DNA of 64,000 nt, taken from the IMG/VR virus record IMGVR_UViG_3300037423_002564, one strand, 5' to 3'. The position numbers were made by a program, and so were the translations under genes. The notes below the pieces were generated by a model, which ran no database searches, was not told where the DNA came from, and was given only the letters and a program-made list of their open reading frames with translations. Of this stretch, positions 1 to 10,067 are shown piece after piece (positions within the stretch are counted from its first letter, which is position 1; each line of letters begins with the position of its first letter). This stretch comes from a virus.

Positions 1-1432
1 TGTCCGCGTTCTGGCCGGTGGTGGGGTCGGGCAGCGTGATCACGCACTCCGCGTTGGTGATGTAGGTGACGCGGCGGGAGTTGAAGCCCGACGCGCGCGC
101 CGCGATCGCCTCCGCCTGGCCCTGGCGATCCAGCACGCGCACGACCTCCATGTCGAAGGCGTCGGGCGGGAAGTCCACGGCGAGGGCCGGGCCGGACGCC
201 ACATAGACGCCATCGGCACCCGCGTACTTCTGCGAGGCCAGCTTCAGCGTGGTGGCGTTCGTCACCTCGATGACCTTCCAGAAGCCGACGTGCGTGGGGT
301 CGTTGGTGGGGTTCACCACGGCCACGCGCGCGATGGTCTCGACGAAGTCGCCCACGCGGACGTCGCGCGAGAACTCCGCGTTGGGGTGCTGGATGGTCAG
401 CACGCCGCCGGCCCGCTTCATGGTCGCCGCCGACAGCGGCTCCACGGCGAGGGTCTCGACCGGGTGCGCCAGGTTGATGAAGGTGATGCGGAAGGCGCTC
501 TTCTCGGGCAGCGACATCTGCTCGACGTGCGTGCGCACCAGCGACTGGATCGTGGGATCCTGGGTGAGCAGCACGATCGTGTAGACCTGCTCGCTCTGGA
601 GGCGATCCAGGGCGGCGAGCCAGTCCACCGGGCTGTCGCTCTTGATGCCCATCGTGAGCACCGAGCTGACGGTGTTGGCCTTCGCCAGGAAGGCGCCCAG
701 GGCCAGCGGGTTCTCGATGGAGACCACGCCCAGCTTGGTGGCGATGTCGTCGGTCTGGGCGATGTTGGTCAGCACCTCGGCGGTGAGCTGGCGCTGGGCG
801 CGGTAGCTCACCTGGGTGACGCCCGACAGCACCGGCAGGCCGTCCACGGTCAGGGTGCCCAGCACGGTGACGTCGTCCGGCGTCGCGGTGAAGGCCGCGG
901 GCAGCAGGAAGAGGTCGATGTGGGCGCGCTTGACGCGGAAGTCCACCGGCGTGGCGAACTCGGGCACGATCGAGAGGTCGCGGTCCAGCGTCAACGAGTT
1001 GGCGTTGTTCACCGTGATCACCTTGGCCTCGTAGGTCGTGGTGACGCCGGCGATGGTCTGGCTGGCGATGAAGATGTCGCCCGGCTGGACGTTCTCGGAC
1101 ACGAAGTCCGGGTCGCCGGGGTTGGGGAAGATGTTGGCCTGGTCGCCGGCCAGGGTCGCCTTGGTGGCGCCGCCGTCGAAGACTTGCAGGAACATCTGGG
1201 TCATCTTGACCTGCACCGAGGCGAGGTCGACGATGGCGCCGTCCTCCAGCTCCGGGTAGGCCGTGACCAGGTTGACGCCCATCGCGAAGTTGCCGCCGGC
1301 GCCCAGGTCCTTGACCTGAACGTTGGAACCCACGATGACCGTCGGCAGGTCTGGGTTCACGAGAGTCGGCGCGGTCTCCAGGAAGACCTGCTGAATCTCG
1401 ACGCCCGGCCGAACAACTTTCTGGATCGTCAT
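1..1432 (-). CDS. Contractile tail sheath protein (3' end runs off the window)
   Basis: Hand translation (absent from the ORF track): MTIQKVVRPGVEIQQVF..., a sheath-type PGV N-terminus, later ...NPLALGAFLA...WLAALDRLQSEQVYTIVLLTQDPTIQSLVRTHVEQMS...FRITF. GAGGAGG RBS upstream of ATG 1432. Confidence 0.75.
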   Translation of the reverse strand, partial: MTIQKVVRPGVEIQQVFLETAPTLVNPDLPTVIVGSNVQVKDLGAGGNFAMGVNLVTAYPELEDGAIVDLASVQVKMTQMFLQVFDGGATKATLAGDQANIFPNPGDPDFVSENVQPGDIFIASQTIAGVTTTYEAKVITVNNANSLTLDRDLSIVPEFATPVDFRVKRAHIDLFLLPAAFTATPDDVTVLGTLTVDGLPVLSGVTQVSYRAQRQLTAEVLTNIAQTDDIATKLGVVSIENPLALGAFLAKANTVSSVLTMGIKSDSPVDWLAALDRLQSEQVYTIVLLTQDPTIQSLVRTHVEQMSLPEKSAFRITFINLAHPVETLAVEPLSAATMKRAGGVLTIQHPNAEFSRDVRVGDFVETIARVAVVNPTNDPTHVGFWKVIEVTNATTLKLASQKYAGADGVYVASGPALAVDFPPDAFDMEVVRVLDRQGQAEAIAARASGFNSRRVTYITNAECVITLPDPTTGQNAD

Positions 1433-1560
1433 GAACCATCCTCCTCAAAGGCGTTTGGTATAATTGCCTGGTGTACCGGGCAGGACGGTCGTTCGGTCCT
1501 ACCAACTGCGGACAAGCAAGGCGCTTCATGCGTATTATATGGAGCCAGCGAGGGCGAACT

Positions 1561-2025
1561 ATGGGGCGCAACGTAACCGAGGTGGTCGACTACCTCAATG
1601 CGATCATCACCGAGGCGTCAAAGTCCTACGGGGGCAGCTTTCGCGACGGTTGCCTCGCCATCGAGGCCGGGCTGAAGACCTTGGACAAGCAGGGGGATGC
1701 GGTCCTGGGTTTCACGCTGGGGGTGAGCGCGGACGGCGTCGCCATCAACACCGTGGTCCTGGCCGACCCGGACGGCATGGTGCCGGCGCCGCGGCCGGAG
1801 GACCTGACCTTTGACGGCGTGTGGGCGGTGCTCTACTCGCTCGCGATGCCACGCCACAGCCCCTTCTTCAAGGACCCGCTGCGCATCAGCGCCATCACCA
1901 TCTGCCACGGCCGGGACCCCTGGGTCAGCTACGACCGCACGCACGAGAACGGCTTGCCGATGGCGATGGATCGCCCGTTCGACGCGGAGAAGCTGGACCT
2001 CAAGCCGAAGGCCCCCCATTCATGA
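1561..2025 (+). CDS. Hypothetical protein
   Basis: ORF 1471..2025 with likely ATG at 1561; ATGA overlap with the next gene. Confidence 0.7.
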   Translation: MGRNVTEVVDYLNAIITEASKSYGGSFRDGCLAIEAGLKTLDKQGDAVLGFTLGVSADGVAINTVVLADPDGMVPAPRPEDLTFDGVWAVLYSLAMPRHSPFFKDPLRISAITICHGRDPWVSYDRTHENGLPMAMDRPFDAEKLDLKPKAPHS

Positions 2026-3005
2026 AGAACGATCAGCCGGAGGAGGACGACCTCGACTTCTTGCAGGTCGAGGTGCCGGGCCTGGACGATGCCGCCCCGA
2101 TGGATGCGGCGGACGCGCCGTCTGACGACCGCCGGATCCGGCTGGAGCGGGACGAGGAGCGCGAGCTGATCCGCAAGGCCAAGGCCGGCGATCAGCGCGC
2201 CATGGCCCGGCTGATCAAGGCGCACACCGCCTTCGTCATGAAGGTTGCCAAGCGCTTCACACTGCCCACCTGGGTCAGCCTGGAGGACGTGCGCCAGGAG
2301 GGCATCATCGGCCTGATCGACGCCGTGAACCGCTTCAACTTGGAGAAGTACGGCAACAAGTTCCTGGCCTACGCCTACTGGCGCATCCACAAGGCCATCC
2401 TGGGCTACCTCACGGAGATGGGGTACTCCATGAAGATCCCCTTCCAAGACGTCATGAAGCTGAAGGCGGCCTGGAACCGGCTGGACTTCAACTTGAGCGT
2501 GGACATCGCGGCGGACACCGACCTGGTGAACGATCAGCGCAGCATTCACATGTGGCACCTGCTCTCCGGCTGCCTGCCCATCAGCCCCACGGACGTCTAC
2601 CAGCCCAGCGCCGGCAACCTGGAGTCCGGCGGAACCGACGGCTTCCAAGACCTCACGCTCAAGCACGACGCCATGGACGACGTCATGAGCGATCTGCTGG
2701 CCCGGGAGATCGAGGACAAGCTGGGCGAGCTGACGGCTATCGAGGGCGTGATGTTGAGCATGTACCTGGGCCTCTACTTCAAGAAGACGCCGATGGCGAT
2801 CAAGCACATCGCCGGCGAGCCCTCGAAGGTGGAAGACGTCGGGGAGCACATCCTCTTGCACCCCGGCGCGGCCGGTTTCGGTCTGGAGGTCGGCGAAACC
2901 TATAATAATTGCAGCCGGCTCATCAAGGAGAGCGAAGCGAAGTTCCGCAGCATCCTGAAGGAGTTCTACGGGAACTTGTACGAGCACTGGAGACAAGATT
3001 CATGA
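2022..3005 (+). CDS. Phage-encoded sigma70-family RNA polymerase sigma factor
   Basis: Region 1.2/2 motifs: EERELIRKAKAGDQRAMARLIKAH..FVMKVAKRF..LEDVRQEGIIGLIDAVNRF..KFLAYAYWRIHKAI. Divergent region 4 (LGELTAIEGVMLSMYLGL). Start ATG 2022. Confidence 0.9.
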   Translation: MKNDQPEEDDLDFLQVEVPGLDDAAPMDAADAPSDDRRIRLERDEERELIRKAKAGDQRAMARLIKAHTAFVMKVAKRFTLPTWVSLEDVRQEGIIGLIDAVNRFNLEKYGNKFLAYAYWRIHKAILGYLTEMGYSMKIPFQDVMKLKAAWNRLDFNLSVDIAADTDLVNDQRSIHMWHLLSGCLPISPTDVYQPSAGNLESGGTDGFQDLTLKHDAMDDVMSDLLAREIEDKLGELTAIEGVMLSMYLGLYFKKTPMAIKHIAGEPSKVEDVGEHILLHPGAAGFGLEVGETYNNCSRLIKESEAKFRSILKEFYGNLYEHWRQDS

Positions 3006-3631
3006 GCGATCTTCGGAACGACACCTTCGGCTTCTTGGAGCGGGAGTTGGACAAGTTCAAGCGCGAGAATCCGCGCATCATCCTGCCGCACGAGGTCCGC
3101 CGGGGCGAGGGTGCGCCGCTGATCCAGCGCATCGGCAGCCGCGAGTTGCCGGAGAGCCTGGTGGAGAAGGCCGAGCGCGTCGGCTTCTTCCGCGGCCGGG
3201 TCGAGGTGAAGGGCGTCATCGAGATGCCCGACGAGCGCCCCCGCGTGGCGTTCTACCACGCCGACAACACCATCACCTTCGACGCGCGCGAGGTGATGGC
3301 CCATGCCATCGCCGGCGAGGACGACGCGGCCATCAACACGGTGGCCTGGGGCGCCGACGGCCGCCAGCCCAGCCGCGAGGATCCCGACCTGTACGATCCG
3401 CGCATCACCAGCGCCGTGACGCAGGTGTCCTACCCCACCCCCGAGTCCGTGATCTTCTCCAGCTCGCTGCCTCCTGGCGTGGGCACTGGCCTCCAGCTCC
3501 GCGAGGTGGGCCTGAAGAGCGCTGGCGGCGTGCTGCTCGCCACCAAGCTCTTCGCCCGCTTCGTGTTCCCGCAGCAGGAGAAGTTCGACAGGCTGCGGCT
3601 TTCGGTCAACTGGCAGATCATCTTCATCTAA
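3002..3631 (+). CDS. Putative virion protein, tail-collar/baseplate-associated type
   Basis: C-terminal LREVGL...LFARFVFP..EK...LSVNWQIIF pattern as in phage tail-collar-like proteins; structural context. Confidence 0.55.
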   Translation: MSDLRNDTFGFLERELDKFKRENPRIILPHEVRRGEGAPLIQRIGSRELPESLVEKAERVGFFRGRVEVKGVIEMPDERPRVAFYHADNTITFDAREVMAHAIAGEDDAAINTVAWGADGRQPSREDPDLYDPRITSAVTQVSYPTPESVIFSSSLPPGVGTGLQLREVGLKSAGGVLLATKLFARFVFPQQEKFDRLRLSVNWQIIFI

Positions 3632-3672
3632 GGTACTACCGAAGGTCCGTTCTACCAGGAGGCGTAACCGGC

Positions 3673-6600
3673 ATGATCACTGGCACCTATGGCATCTTTC
3701 AGGGCGGCGAGCTGTCTCTCGACACCGCGAACTTCCGCATCAACATCGCCGCCGCGCTGATGCGAGCCGTGTCGGAGCGCCTGATCGGGATGGGCGGTCC
3801 CGGGCGCCGCGTGAGCGTGACCTTCGGCGCCCTGACGCCTGGCTTCGGCTTCAACCGGCCGCGGCTCTCCGCCCTTGACGCGCCGACCTACCAGCTCGCC
3901 ATCGGCCTCCAGGCGGGCGCGGCCTACCTGATCTACGACAGCGAGGTGTCCGACGACATCATGATGGTCGAGACGCCCAACGCCGGCGACATCATCTTCG
4001 GCAAGGTGAGCTGGCCGGTAGGCGCGACCACGATGGCGGACCTCACCCTCGACTTCACGGAGCGCACGGAGACGCGCATCGTGACGGCCGAGGATCCGCT
4101 CTCCGCCAAGGACCTCTACCACAACGGCATGCGCTTCGGCGATGCGAGCTTCAACCAGCCGCTCGCCAGCATGGCGGTCATGAGCGAGTTGCTCCAGGGC
4201 GAGCTGCGGGCGCGCGCGGGCGACAACTTCGCCGTGTCCCTGCTGAAGCGCACCGACATCGTGACGGCGGGCAACCAGCTCACGGTCAAGCGCTTCCCGC
4301 TGTACCTGCGCGACGTGGTCGCCGGCCGTGACGTCTTCAAGGTGATCGACACCAAGGTCGACGCCCTGTTCAACTTCAACGCCGCGGCGATGGCGAACCA
4401 GCGCATCAACATCTTCGTGGACCGCACCACGGGCCAGGTAGATGCCGGCCTGGCCTTCAACGCGGCCACCAAGGTGCTGGTGGCCTTCGGGGATGTGCCG
4501 GCCACGGCCACGAGCCTGGACGACGTCTTCTTCGTGATCGCCGCGGAATTGAGCCAGGCGAACGCCCAGAGCGGCGCCTCGGTCGAGCTGAACCGCCGGG
4601 CGCTGGCCTCGGGCTTCAGCACGCCCACGCAGCTCGTGCCGGTCGTGGGGGTGCCCAACGGCCTGGCCTTGGCGGAGAACATCGTGGAGCTGGCCGGCGT
4701 GCAGGCGCGCGTGGCCCCCCAGCAGGTGGCCCTGCCGGCCGCCCCGAACGCGGGCGATCGCCTCGACCTGCTCTACCTCGAAGTCCACCGCGTGGTCGAG
4801 CCGTCGCCGCCCGCGGACGGCAGCACCTATGTGGTGTTGGGCGGGGTGGGATACCTCGTGACGAAGGTACGTTTAGCGGTCGCCTCCGGCGTCACCTACG
4901 ACACGCCCGAGCGCATGATGGTGCAGGCGCCCGTGGTGGGCCTGGGTGGCGGCGGCTTCGAGGCGGACCCGCAGGGCCACTTCACGAGCCCCTACTTCGC
5001 GGTGGCCTACGACGGCTACTCGTGGGCCGTGCCCGTGGGGCTGGTCTACCGCTTCAACCAGGCGCCGTGGGCGGCCAATAACCTGGCGGGCGGCACGGGC
5101 CGGCCGGACGGCAAGCAGCACGACCAGCTCTCGCCCGACGAGGTCATGAACGTGAGCCCGGTGCTGTCCTTGAAGGGCCTCAACCACCAGGCGCTCCTGC
5201 ACGCCACCATCGACGCGATCCTGAAGGGCCGGCATCCGCATCAGTTCGGCGCGGCCCTGCTCTCGGGCAGCTACCTCTCCAAGACGCCCCTGCACGTCGA
5301 CGCCATCGCACCGACGCCCACGGCCGGAGCGCGCATGCTGGGCACCCCGGACGGCGTGCGCCGGCAGTGGACGGCCCGGCCGCGGCCGTACTGGCTGGGA
5401 GCGAGCTTCCCGGCCAACGCGGACTACGTGGGCAAGAGCGTGGTCTACGAAGACGGCACCCGCACCCTGCTGATCCAGGCGCCCACGGCGGGCTCCTTGA
5501 CCTTGGACAACGATCAGCCCGTGGTCGAGCTGGTCTGGCTGGAGACGGGCGAGGCGGTCGCGCTGACCGGCCCGTGGTCGGTGGGCGCCGACACGCGCAG
5601 CGCCCAGGCCACCCTCGACCCCCTCGACCCCCACTTCCTGCCGGCGGGCACCCTCTCCGCGAGCTTCGAGGTGCTCCAGGACGCGGACAGCTACCTGGGC
5701 GCCGTGCCGGCCCGGGCCTACCGCGCCACCCTCGACAACGCGGACATCGACTTCGCCGCGCCCGGTGCGGAGCGCACCAGCGAGGCGGGTGGCGTGGTGC
5801 GCCGGGTGAGCGCGATCGGCCCCGCCCTCAAGGGTGACGCCATGATCCAAGAGCGCATCTACGCCGCGGACGGCTCCGACAGCATCGCCATCCCCACCGT
5901 GGTGGACGGCCGGGTGGTGCTGGGCGCCGTGACGGTCGACCTCTTGGCCGGCGGCGCCGTGGGCATCCGCACCTTCACCTTGGGGCCGCTGGGCCATGTG
6001 CTGCGCCTGGCCGCGGCGCAGACGGCCGGCACGCAGCTCCGGGTGGCCCTGGCCCTGGGCGGCCGGACGTTCCGCTACGATCCGCGGCATCTGGGCGCCG
6101 ACGAGTTCGCCGAGAGCGCGCTCTTCGAGGCCACCACCACGGGCGCCAAGACGACGCACCATGTGGCCTTGCCGCAGGAGCGCGTGCTCAAGGGCGTGAT
6201 GGGCTACCGGCTCGACCCGGCCCGTCCGCTCACGGCGGGCGTGTACGTTGACGGCCGCCTGTACCAGGCCACCGTCAGCGGGCTGGACCGCAACCTCGCC
6301 ACCATCGAGCTGGCGCTCTCGCTGGCGGAGTACGCGGCCTTGGAAGCCGGTCAGCAGCCCAAGTGGGAGCTGGTGGGCGGCGTGTACCGCCTCGCGGCCG
6401 GCACCTACACCTTGACCCTGCCGCTGCTCTGGAGCGATCCGCCGAAGAGCTTCGAGCACTTCGCGTTCGTCTACGACTTCCAGGCGCTGCCGTTCGTGCC
6501 GCTCCTGGGCGACGAGACCTTCGAGATCGCCCACCACGGCCGCGTGATGATCACCAACTCCAGCGCCGCCAACGACGGCACGGAGCCGTTCGCGCCCGCT

Positions 6601-6918
6601 ACCGAGCGCTTCCCGCTGGTGCGCGGCGATCGCAAGGGCGTCGAGGCGCTGGCGGTGCAGACGATCTTCTCGGACGCCTTGGAGATGGGCCACCGCGCCG
6701 AGGTGCCCTGGGACGGCACGGCCCTCGCCATCGACGGCCGCTTCGTCTTCAACGCCGGCATCTTCGACGCCGGCGCCGGCTTCGTGGTGTGGATGTGCCT
6801 GGTCCGGCAGGGCCGCAACCTGCGCGTGTTCAGCTACATCGTGGAAGGGGAGACGCTCGCGGTCGACACGCCGGCCCGCGCCTTCCTGACCTACCCGCTG
6901 ACGCACGTCGTCGAGTAG
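3673..6918 (+). CDS. Large putative virion structural protein (tail/baseplate), 1081 aa
   Basis: Long ORF with GGAGG RBS, beta-rich; motifs LPAAP..GDRLDLLYLEV and AVPVGLVYRFN..GRPDGK; structural context. Confidence 0.6.
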   Translation: MITGTYGIFQGGELSLDTANFRINIAAALMRAVSERLIGMGGPGRRVSVTFGALTPGFGFNRPRLSALDAPTYQLAIGLQAGAAYLIYDSEVSDDIMMVETPNAGDIIFGKVSWPVGATTMADLTLDFTERTETRIVTAEDPLSAKDLYHNGMRFGDASFNQPLASMAVMSELLQGELRARAGDNFAVSLLKRTDIVTAGNQLTVKRFPLYLRDVVAGRDVFKVIDTKVDALFNFNAAAMANQRINIFVDRTTGQVDAGLAFNAATKVLVAFGDVPATATSLDDVFFVIAAELSQANAQSGASVELNRRALASGFSTPTQLVPVVGVPNGLALAENIVELAGVQARVAPQQVALPAAPNAGDRLDLLYLEVHRVVEPSPPADGSTYVVLGGVGYLVTKVRLAVASGVTYDTPERMMVQAPVVGLGGGGFEADPQGHFTSPYFAVAYDGYSWAVPVGLVYRFNQAPWAANNLAGGTGRPDGKQHDQLSPDEVMNVSPVLSLKGLNHQALLHATIDAILKGRHPHQFGAALLSGSYLSKTPLHVDAIAPTPTAGARMLGTPDGVRRQWTARPRPYWLGASFPANADYVGKSVVYEDGTRTLLIQAPTAGSLTLDNDQPVVELVWLETGEAVALTGPWSVGADTRSAQATLDPLDPHFLPAGTLSASFEVLQDADSYLGAVPARAYRATLDNADIDFAAPGAERTSEAGGVVRRVSAIGPALKGDAMIQERIYAADGSDSIAIPTVVDGRVVLGAVTVDLLAGGAVGIRTFTLGPLGHVLRLAAAQTAGTQLRVALALGGRTFRYDPRHLGADEFAESALFEATTTGAKTTHHVALPQERVLKGVMGYRLDPARPLTAGVYVDGRLYQATVSGLDRNLATIELALSLAEYAALEAGQQPKWELVGGVYRLAAGTYTLTLPLLWSDPPKSFEHFAFVYDFQALPFVPLLGDETFEIAHHGRVMITNSSAANDGTEPFAPATERFPLVRGDRKGVEALAVQTIFSDALEMGHRAEVPWDGTALAIDGRFVFNAGIFDAGAGFVVWMCLVRQGRNLRVFSYIVEGETLAVDTPARAFLTYPLTHVVE

Positions 6919-6930
6919 AAGGGGAGCTTC

Positions 6931-8508
6931 ATGAGCATCATCGGACGTAGCCTTTGGGCCAACCGCGCGGGCTTGCGGGTCGTCGACCTCGACGGCCTCA
7001 CCTTCGCCGCGCGCGTGCCGATCGCCGAGGGCACGCACCCGCCGCTCACCGCGACCGACGACCTGGTCACGGTGGACACCAACGGCCAGACGCTGTTCAC
7101 GCTCGCGACCCCGCCGGAGCCCGGTGCCATCCCGGCCGTGCTGAAGGACGGGCTGGTGTACTTCGAGCCCAGCTTCCGCCTGGCCGACGGCAAGCTCGTG
7201 TGGCAGGGCGCGCAGCTCGGTGCCGGCGAGACCTTCCGCGTGGTCTCCTTCGGGGGCGGCCTGGCCGCGGGCCACATGCGCCTGGAGAAGGTGACGATCA
7301 CCCAGAACGATCAGCGCCGCCTGGTGCTCGACGGCACGCCCGTGGGCCCCCACACCATCGTCTACCACAACGGCAAGGCGTACCCGGTGGCGTCGGGCCA
7401 CGCGCGCACCACCAACAACGTGGTGGACTGGCTGGACCCGCTGGTCAAGCTGAACATCGGCGACCAGGTCTACGTCTACTACGCCCGCACGCTCGAAGCG
7501 GCCAACGACCTGGTGACGCAGACCTTCCCCCTCAACGTCACGAGCAGCCACATCTTGGAGCTGTCCACGGCGCCGACGCCGCCCGAGAACACCGTGCTGA
7601 TGCTCGACGACACCCGCTACACCTACGGGGTGGACTTCACCGTCACGGGCCCCTACCTGATCGTCGACAGCGGCCTGCCGTTCAAGAACGGCCTCACGGC
7701 CACCGTGCAGTTCACCCGCACGGGCGAGCTGACCATCGTGCCCGGCAGCGGCAACGACCAGGACGGCGGCACCACCCCGCCGCCGCCCTCTGGCCTGCCC
7801 GCGATCTTCTTCTCGCGCTCCACGGTGGACGTCACCGCGAACGGCCAGACGGCGCTCTCGCTCGCCAACGCGCCGACCGTGGCCGGCAAGTCCATCGCGG
7901 CCGTGGACGGCCTGGTCTACGTCGAGGGCCACGGCTACACCCGCAGCGGCGCGGCCGTGACCTGGAACGACCCCGACCTGGCGCTCAAGGGCGGCGACAA
8001 GTTCCAGCTCTTCGGCTTCGCGGCGAGCGTCATCGGCAACGCGATCGCAATCCGCGAGCTGACCGGCTTTGCCGGCGGCAACCCCACCTTCGACCTGACG
8101 GAGCCCGCGAGCGGCATCGCCAAGACGCTCCTCGTGGTGTCGGCAGCCGGCACCAACGGCGGCCTGATCTTCTCGGGCGATCAGCTCGCGTTCCCCGACA
8201 ACAGCCACGTGGCCTGGGCGGGTCCGATGCCCATCAAGACCACGGACCGGGTCTTTGCGATCTACTTCAAGAGCGCGGACGTGGCGAACGCGATGCGCCT
8301 GGAGCACCACGTCGTCACCGCGGGCGAGGCCGGCCCGGCCTTCAGCACCGATCTGGCCGCGACCCCGGGCGAGGGCGCGAACCTGTTCGTGATCTTCAAC
8401 GGCTCGCTCCTGGCCCTGGGCCAGAACTTCAGTCTGGCGGGCAAGACCTTCACCTACACGGGCGGCCCGGTGACGGAAGGCGATCGCTTCGCCTTCCTCT
8501 ACCACTAG
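6931..8508 (+). CDS. Putative virion protein with tandem small beta-domain repeats
   Basis: Repeated units such as NGQTLFTL..DGLVY, NGQTALSL..DGLVY, DDTRYTYGVDFT and NGSLLALGQNFS; Pro/Gly linker mid-protein. Confidence 0.6.
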   Translation: MSIIGRSLWANRAGLRVVDLDGLTFAARVPIAEGTHPPLTATDDLVTVDTNGQTLFTLATPPEPGAIPAVLKDGLVYFEPSFRLADGKLVWQGAQLGAGETFRVVSFGGGLAAGHMRLEKVTITQNDQRRLVLDGTPVGPHTIVYHNGKAYPVASGHARTTNNVVDWLDPLVKLNIGDQVYVYYARTLEAANDLVTQTFPLNVTSSHILELSTAPTPPENTVLMLDDTRYTYGVDFTVTGPYLIVDSGLPFKNGLTATVQFTRTGELTIVPGSGNDQDGGTTPPPPSGLPAIFFSRSTVDVTANGQTALSLANAPTVAGKSIAAVDGLVYVEGHGYTRSGAAVTWNDPDLALKGGDKFQLFGFAASVIGNAIAIRELTGFAGGNPTFDLTEPASGIAKTLLVVSAAGTNGGLIFSGDQLAFPDNSHVAWAGPMPIKTTDRVFAIYFKSADVANAMRLEHHVVTAGEAGPAFSTDLAATPGEGANLFVIFNGSLLALGQNFSLAGKTFTYTGGPVTEGDRFAFLYH

Positions 8509-9530
8509 GCCGCGGGCGGACGGCGGTCGAGGACGTAGATGCGCTCCACGATGGTCGTCCGCTCGCTGTACTGGCGCTTGGCGGAGTCGCGGTCGGAGCG
8601 GAAGCGCGGCAGCTCCTCTTCAAACGTAGCAACGTTTCCATATCGTTGCAGCGTCGAGAGGATGTCCTCGTGCGCCATCAGGCCCTCGTCGGAGTAGCTC
8701 AACATGACCACCTTGGCGTCGGCGGCCTGCACGGTCGCATCGAGGGACGCCAGCGCCTGGCGCTTCGAGCACCAGGGGCTCTTCTGGTTCTGGTAGGGGC
8801 GCAGGCCCGTCTTTCCCTTGGGGGTCCAGAGGTGCATGTCGTCGCGCGCGATGGTCTCCAAGATGTGGTAGTTGGGAGCGTACTGCCGGTGGTTGTAGGG
8901 CGGGTCGAGGTACAGCACGTCGACGCCCTGGAACTTGTCCAAGAAGTCGCTGATGTCCATGCAGGTGACGGTGGCCGCGGGCCCGCCGGCGGAGATCAGT
9001 GGCTCCAGCACCAAGGGCTTGCGCGCGCTGGCCTTGACCTTCTTGAGGTAGGCCCCGTAGACCGAGGCGACGTTCGCAACCCTGTCCGCGGCTTGGACCA
9101 GGGAGGCCACCACGGCCGCGCGCTCGAAGACGTTGAGCGGGTGCTCCTCGATGCGGCGGCGGACCGCGGCGATCGCCCGGCCGTTCTCGCGGCTGAAGTA
9201 GAGCCGGCCGCCCGCGCCGCCCTCGCAGTAGGCGTCAAAGAAGGGCGTCGAGTCCCAGCGGGGGTCGGCGAAGGCGGCGCGCGCCTCGGTGTTGAGCTGC
9301 TCGACGAGCCCGGCCATGTCGGTGGTGTGCAGGTGCGCCATGCCCACCGTGTAGCTGAAGTACAAGGAGTCGTTGGCGAGCACGGTCCAGCCAGCGCTCT
9401 GCATGAAGCGGCCCACGGCATGGGTGCCCGCGAAGCCGTCGGCGAAGACACCGGGCTCCATCTCCAAGGAGGCCACGGCCCGGGCCAGCAAGCCGCGTAA
9501 CAACCTATCCTTAGACCCAATGTAATTCAA
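8505..9530 (-). CDS. N6-adenine DNA methyltransferase, D12 class, M.HpyI/M.NlaIII-like
   Basis: TTG start 9530 gives (M)NYIGSK..FADGFAGT..ND..Y; also ADRVANVASVYGAYLK, YLDPPYNHRQYAPNYHILETI, PKGKTGL and LSYSDEGLM. Confidence 0.9.
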   Translation of the reverse strand: MNYIGSKDRLLRGLLARAVASLEMEPGVFADGFAGTHAVGRFMQSAGWTVLANDSLYFSYTVGMAHLHTTDMAGLVEQLNTEARAAFADPRWDSTPFFDAYCEGGAGGRLYFSRENGRAIAAVRRRIEEHPLNVFERAAVVASLVQAADRVANVASVYGAYLKKVKASARKPLVLEPLISAGGPAATVTCMDISDFLDKFQGVDVLYLDPPYNHRQYAPNYHILETIARDDMHLWTPKGKTGLRPYQNQKSPWCSKRQALASLDATVQAADAKVVMLSYSDEGLMAHEDILSTLQRYGNVATFEEELPRFRSDRDSAKRQYSERTTIVERIYVLDRRPPAA

Positions 9531-9544
9531 TTTTAAAAAACCCC

Positions 9545-9574
9545 TTGACAGGTAGGACCGACGTTCGGTAGTAT
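9545..9574 (+). promoter_or_regulatory. Sigma70-type promoter for the candidate ncRNA
   Basis: TTGACA (9545-9550), 18-nt spacer, TAGTAT (9569-9574), with an A/T tract upstream. Confidence 0.7.
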
Positions 9575-9581
9575 AACACTT

Positions 9582-10025
9582 GTCAGGCAGCGATGCCCGA
9601 CGCGGGAGGTCTCCTCCCCGGTGCTCCTGCCCCGCGCAAGCGGAACTGGCCCGGGACTTTGGTGCCCTCCGGCGGTGCGCCCCGCAAGGGGCAACGGCCC
9701 CACGCTTGTCCTCACGGGCTTCGCGGTTCCGCCTCCACCGTCGCCTTGAGGGGTTTGACGCCCCACGCCCTTCGCTTCCGGCTTCCGCCCTCACGGGCTT
9801 CGGCCGACCGGCTCCGGGCCCTGGCCGCCGACCTGAACGGAGTAGCTGCCGTTCCGCCCGCTTCCGTCATGTTGCGGGTCTTACCCGGGTCCCCTCGGGT
9901 AGCCAAGGTCTCTCGCAAGTAACGGGTACGCGCCCCAACCGGACCTCACGGTCCCTGGCCGGCGAATCGACGCCAAGGTCCAGCGAGACAAGCACCCCCG
10001 CCCTCTCACGAGGCGCGGGGGTTCC
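9582..10025 (+). ncRNA. Candidate large structured non-coding RNA, family not recognised
   Basis: No ORF with phage-like codon usage. Dense hairpins with GCGA/GCAA/UCAC loops and several G-U pairs on the + strand. Own promoter upstream, terminal hairpin at 9994-10022. Confidence 0.6.
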
Positions 10026-10037
10026 TGCATCTGGGGC

Positions 10038-10067
10038 TTGCCAGGTGCATCGGTCGTTTGGTAGGAT
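10038..10067 (+). promoter_or_regulatory. Sigma70-type promoter for tmRNA
   Basis: TTGCCA, 18-nt spacer, TAGGAT with TG extension, ending 10 nt before the tmRNA 5' end; 21/30 identical to the 9545 promoter. Confidence 0.7.

Noticed and set aside
9645-9672. Minus-strand AAAGTCCCGGG resembling the RNase P RNA GAGGAAAGUCC motif
   Set aside because: The GAGG part and the 3' P4 partner motif were not found, and its position and the promoter orientation do not fit.
9530-9794. N-terminal extension of the methyltransferase ORF to 9794, and the ORFs called in 9533-10529
   Set aside because: Family similarity starts at NYIGSK (TTG 9530). The extension and small ORFs run through promoter, ncRNA and tmRNA sequence and lack coding-like composition.
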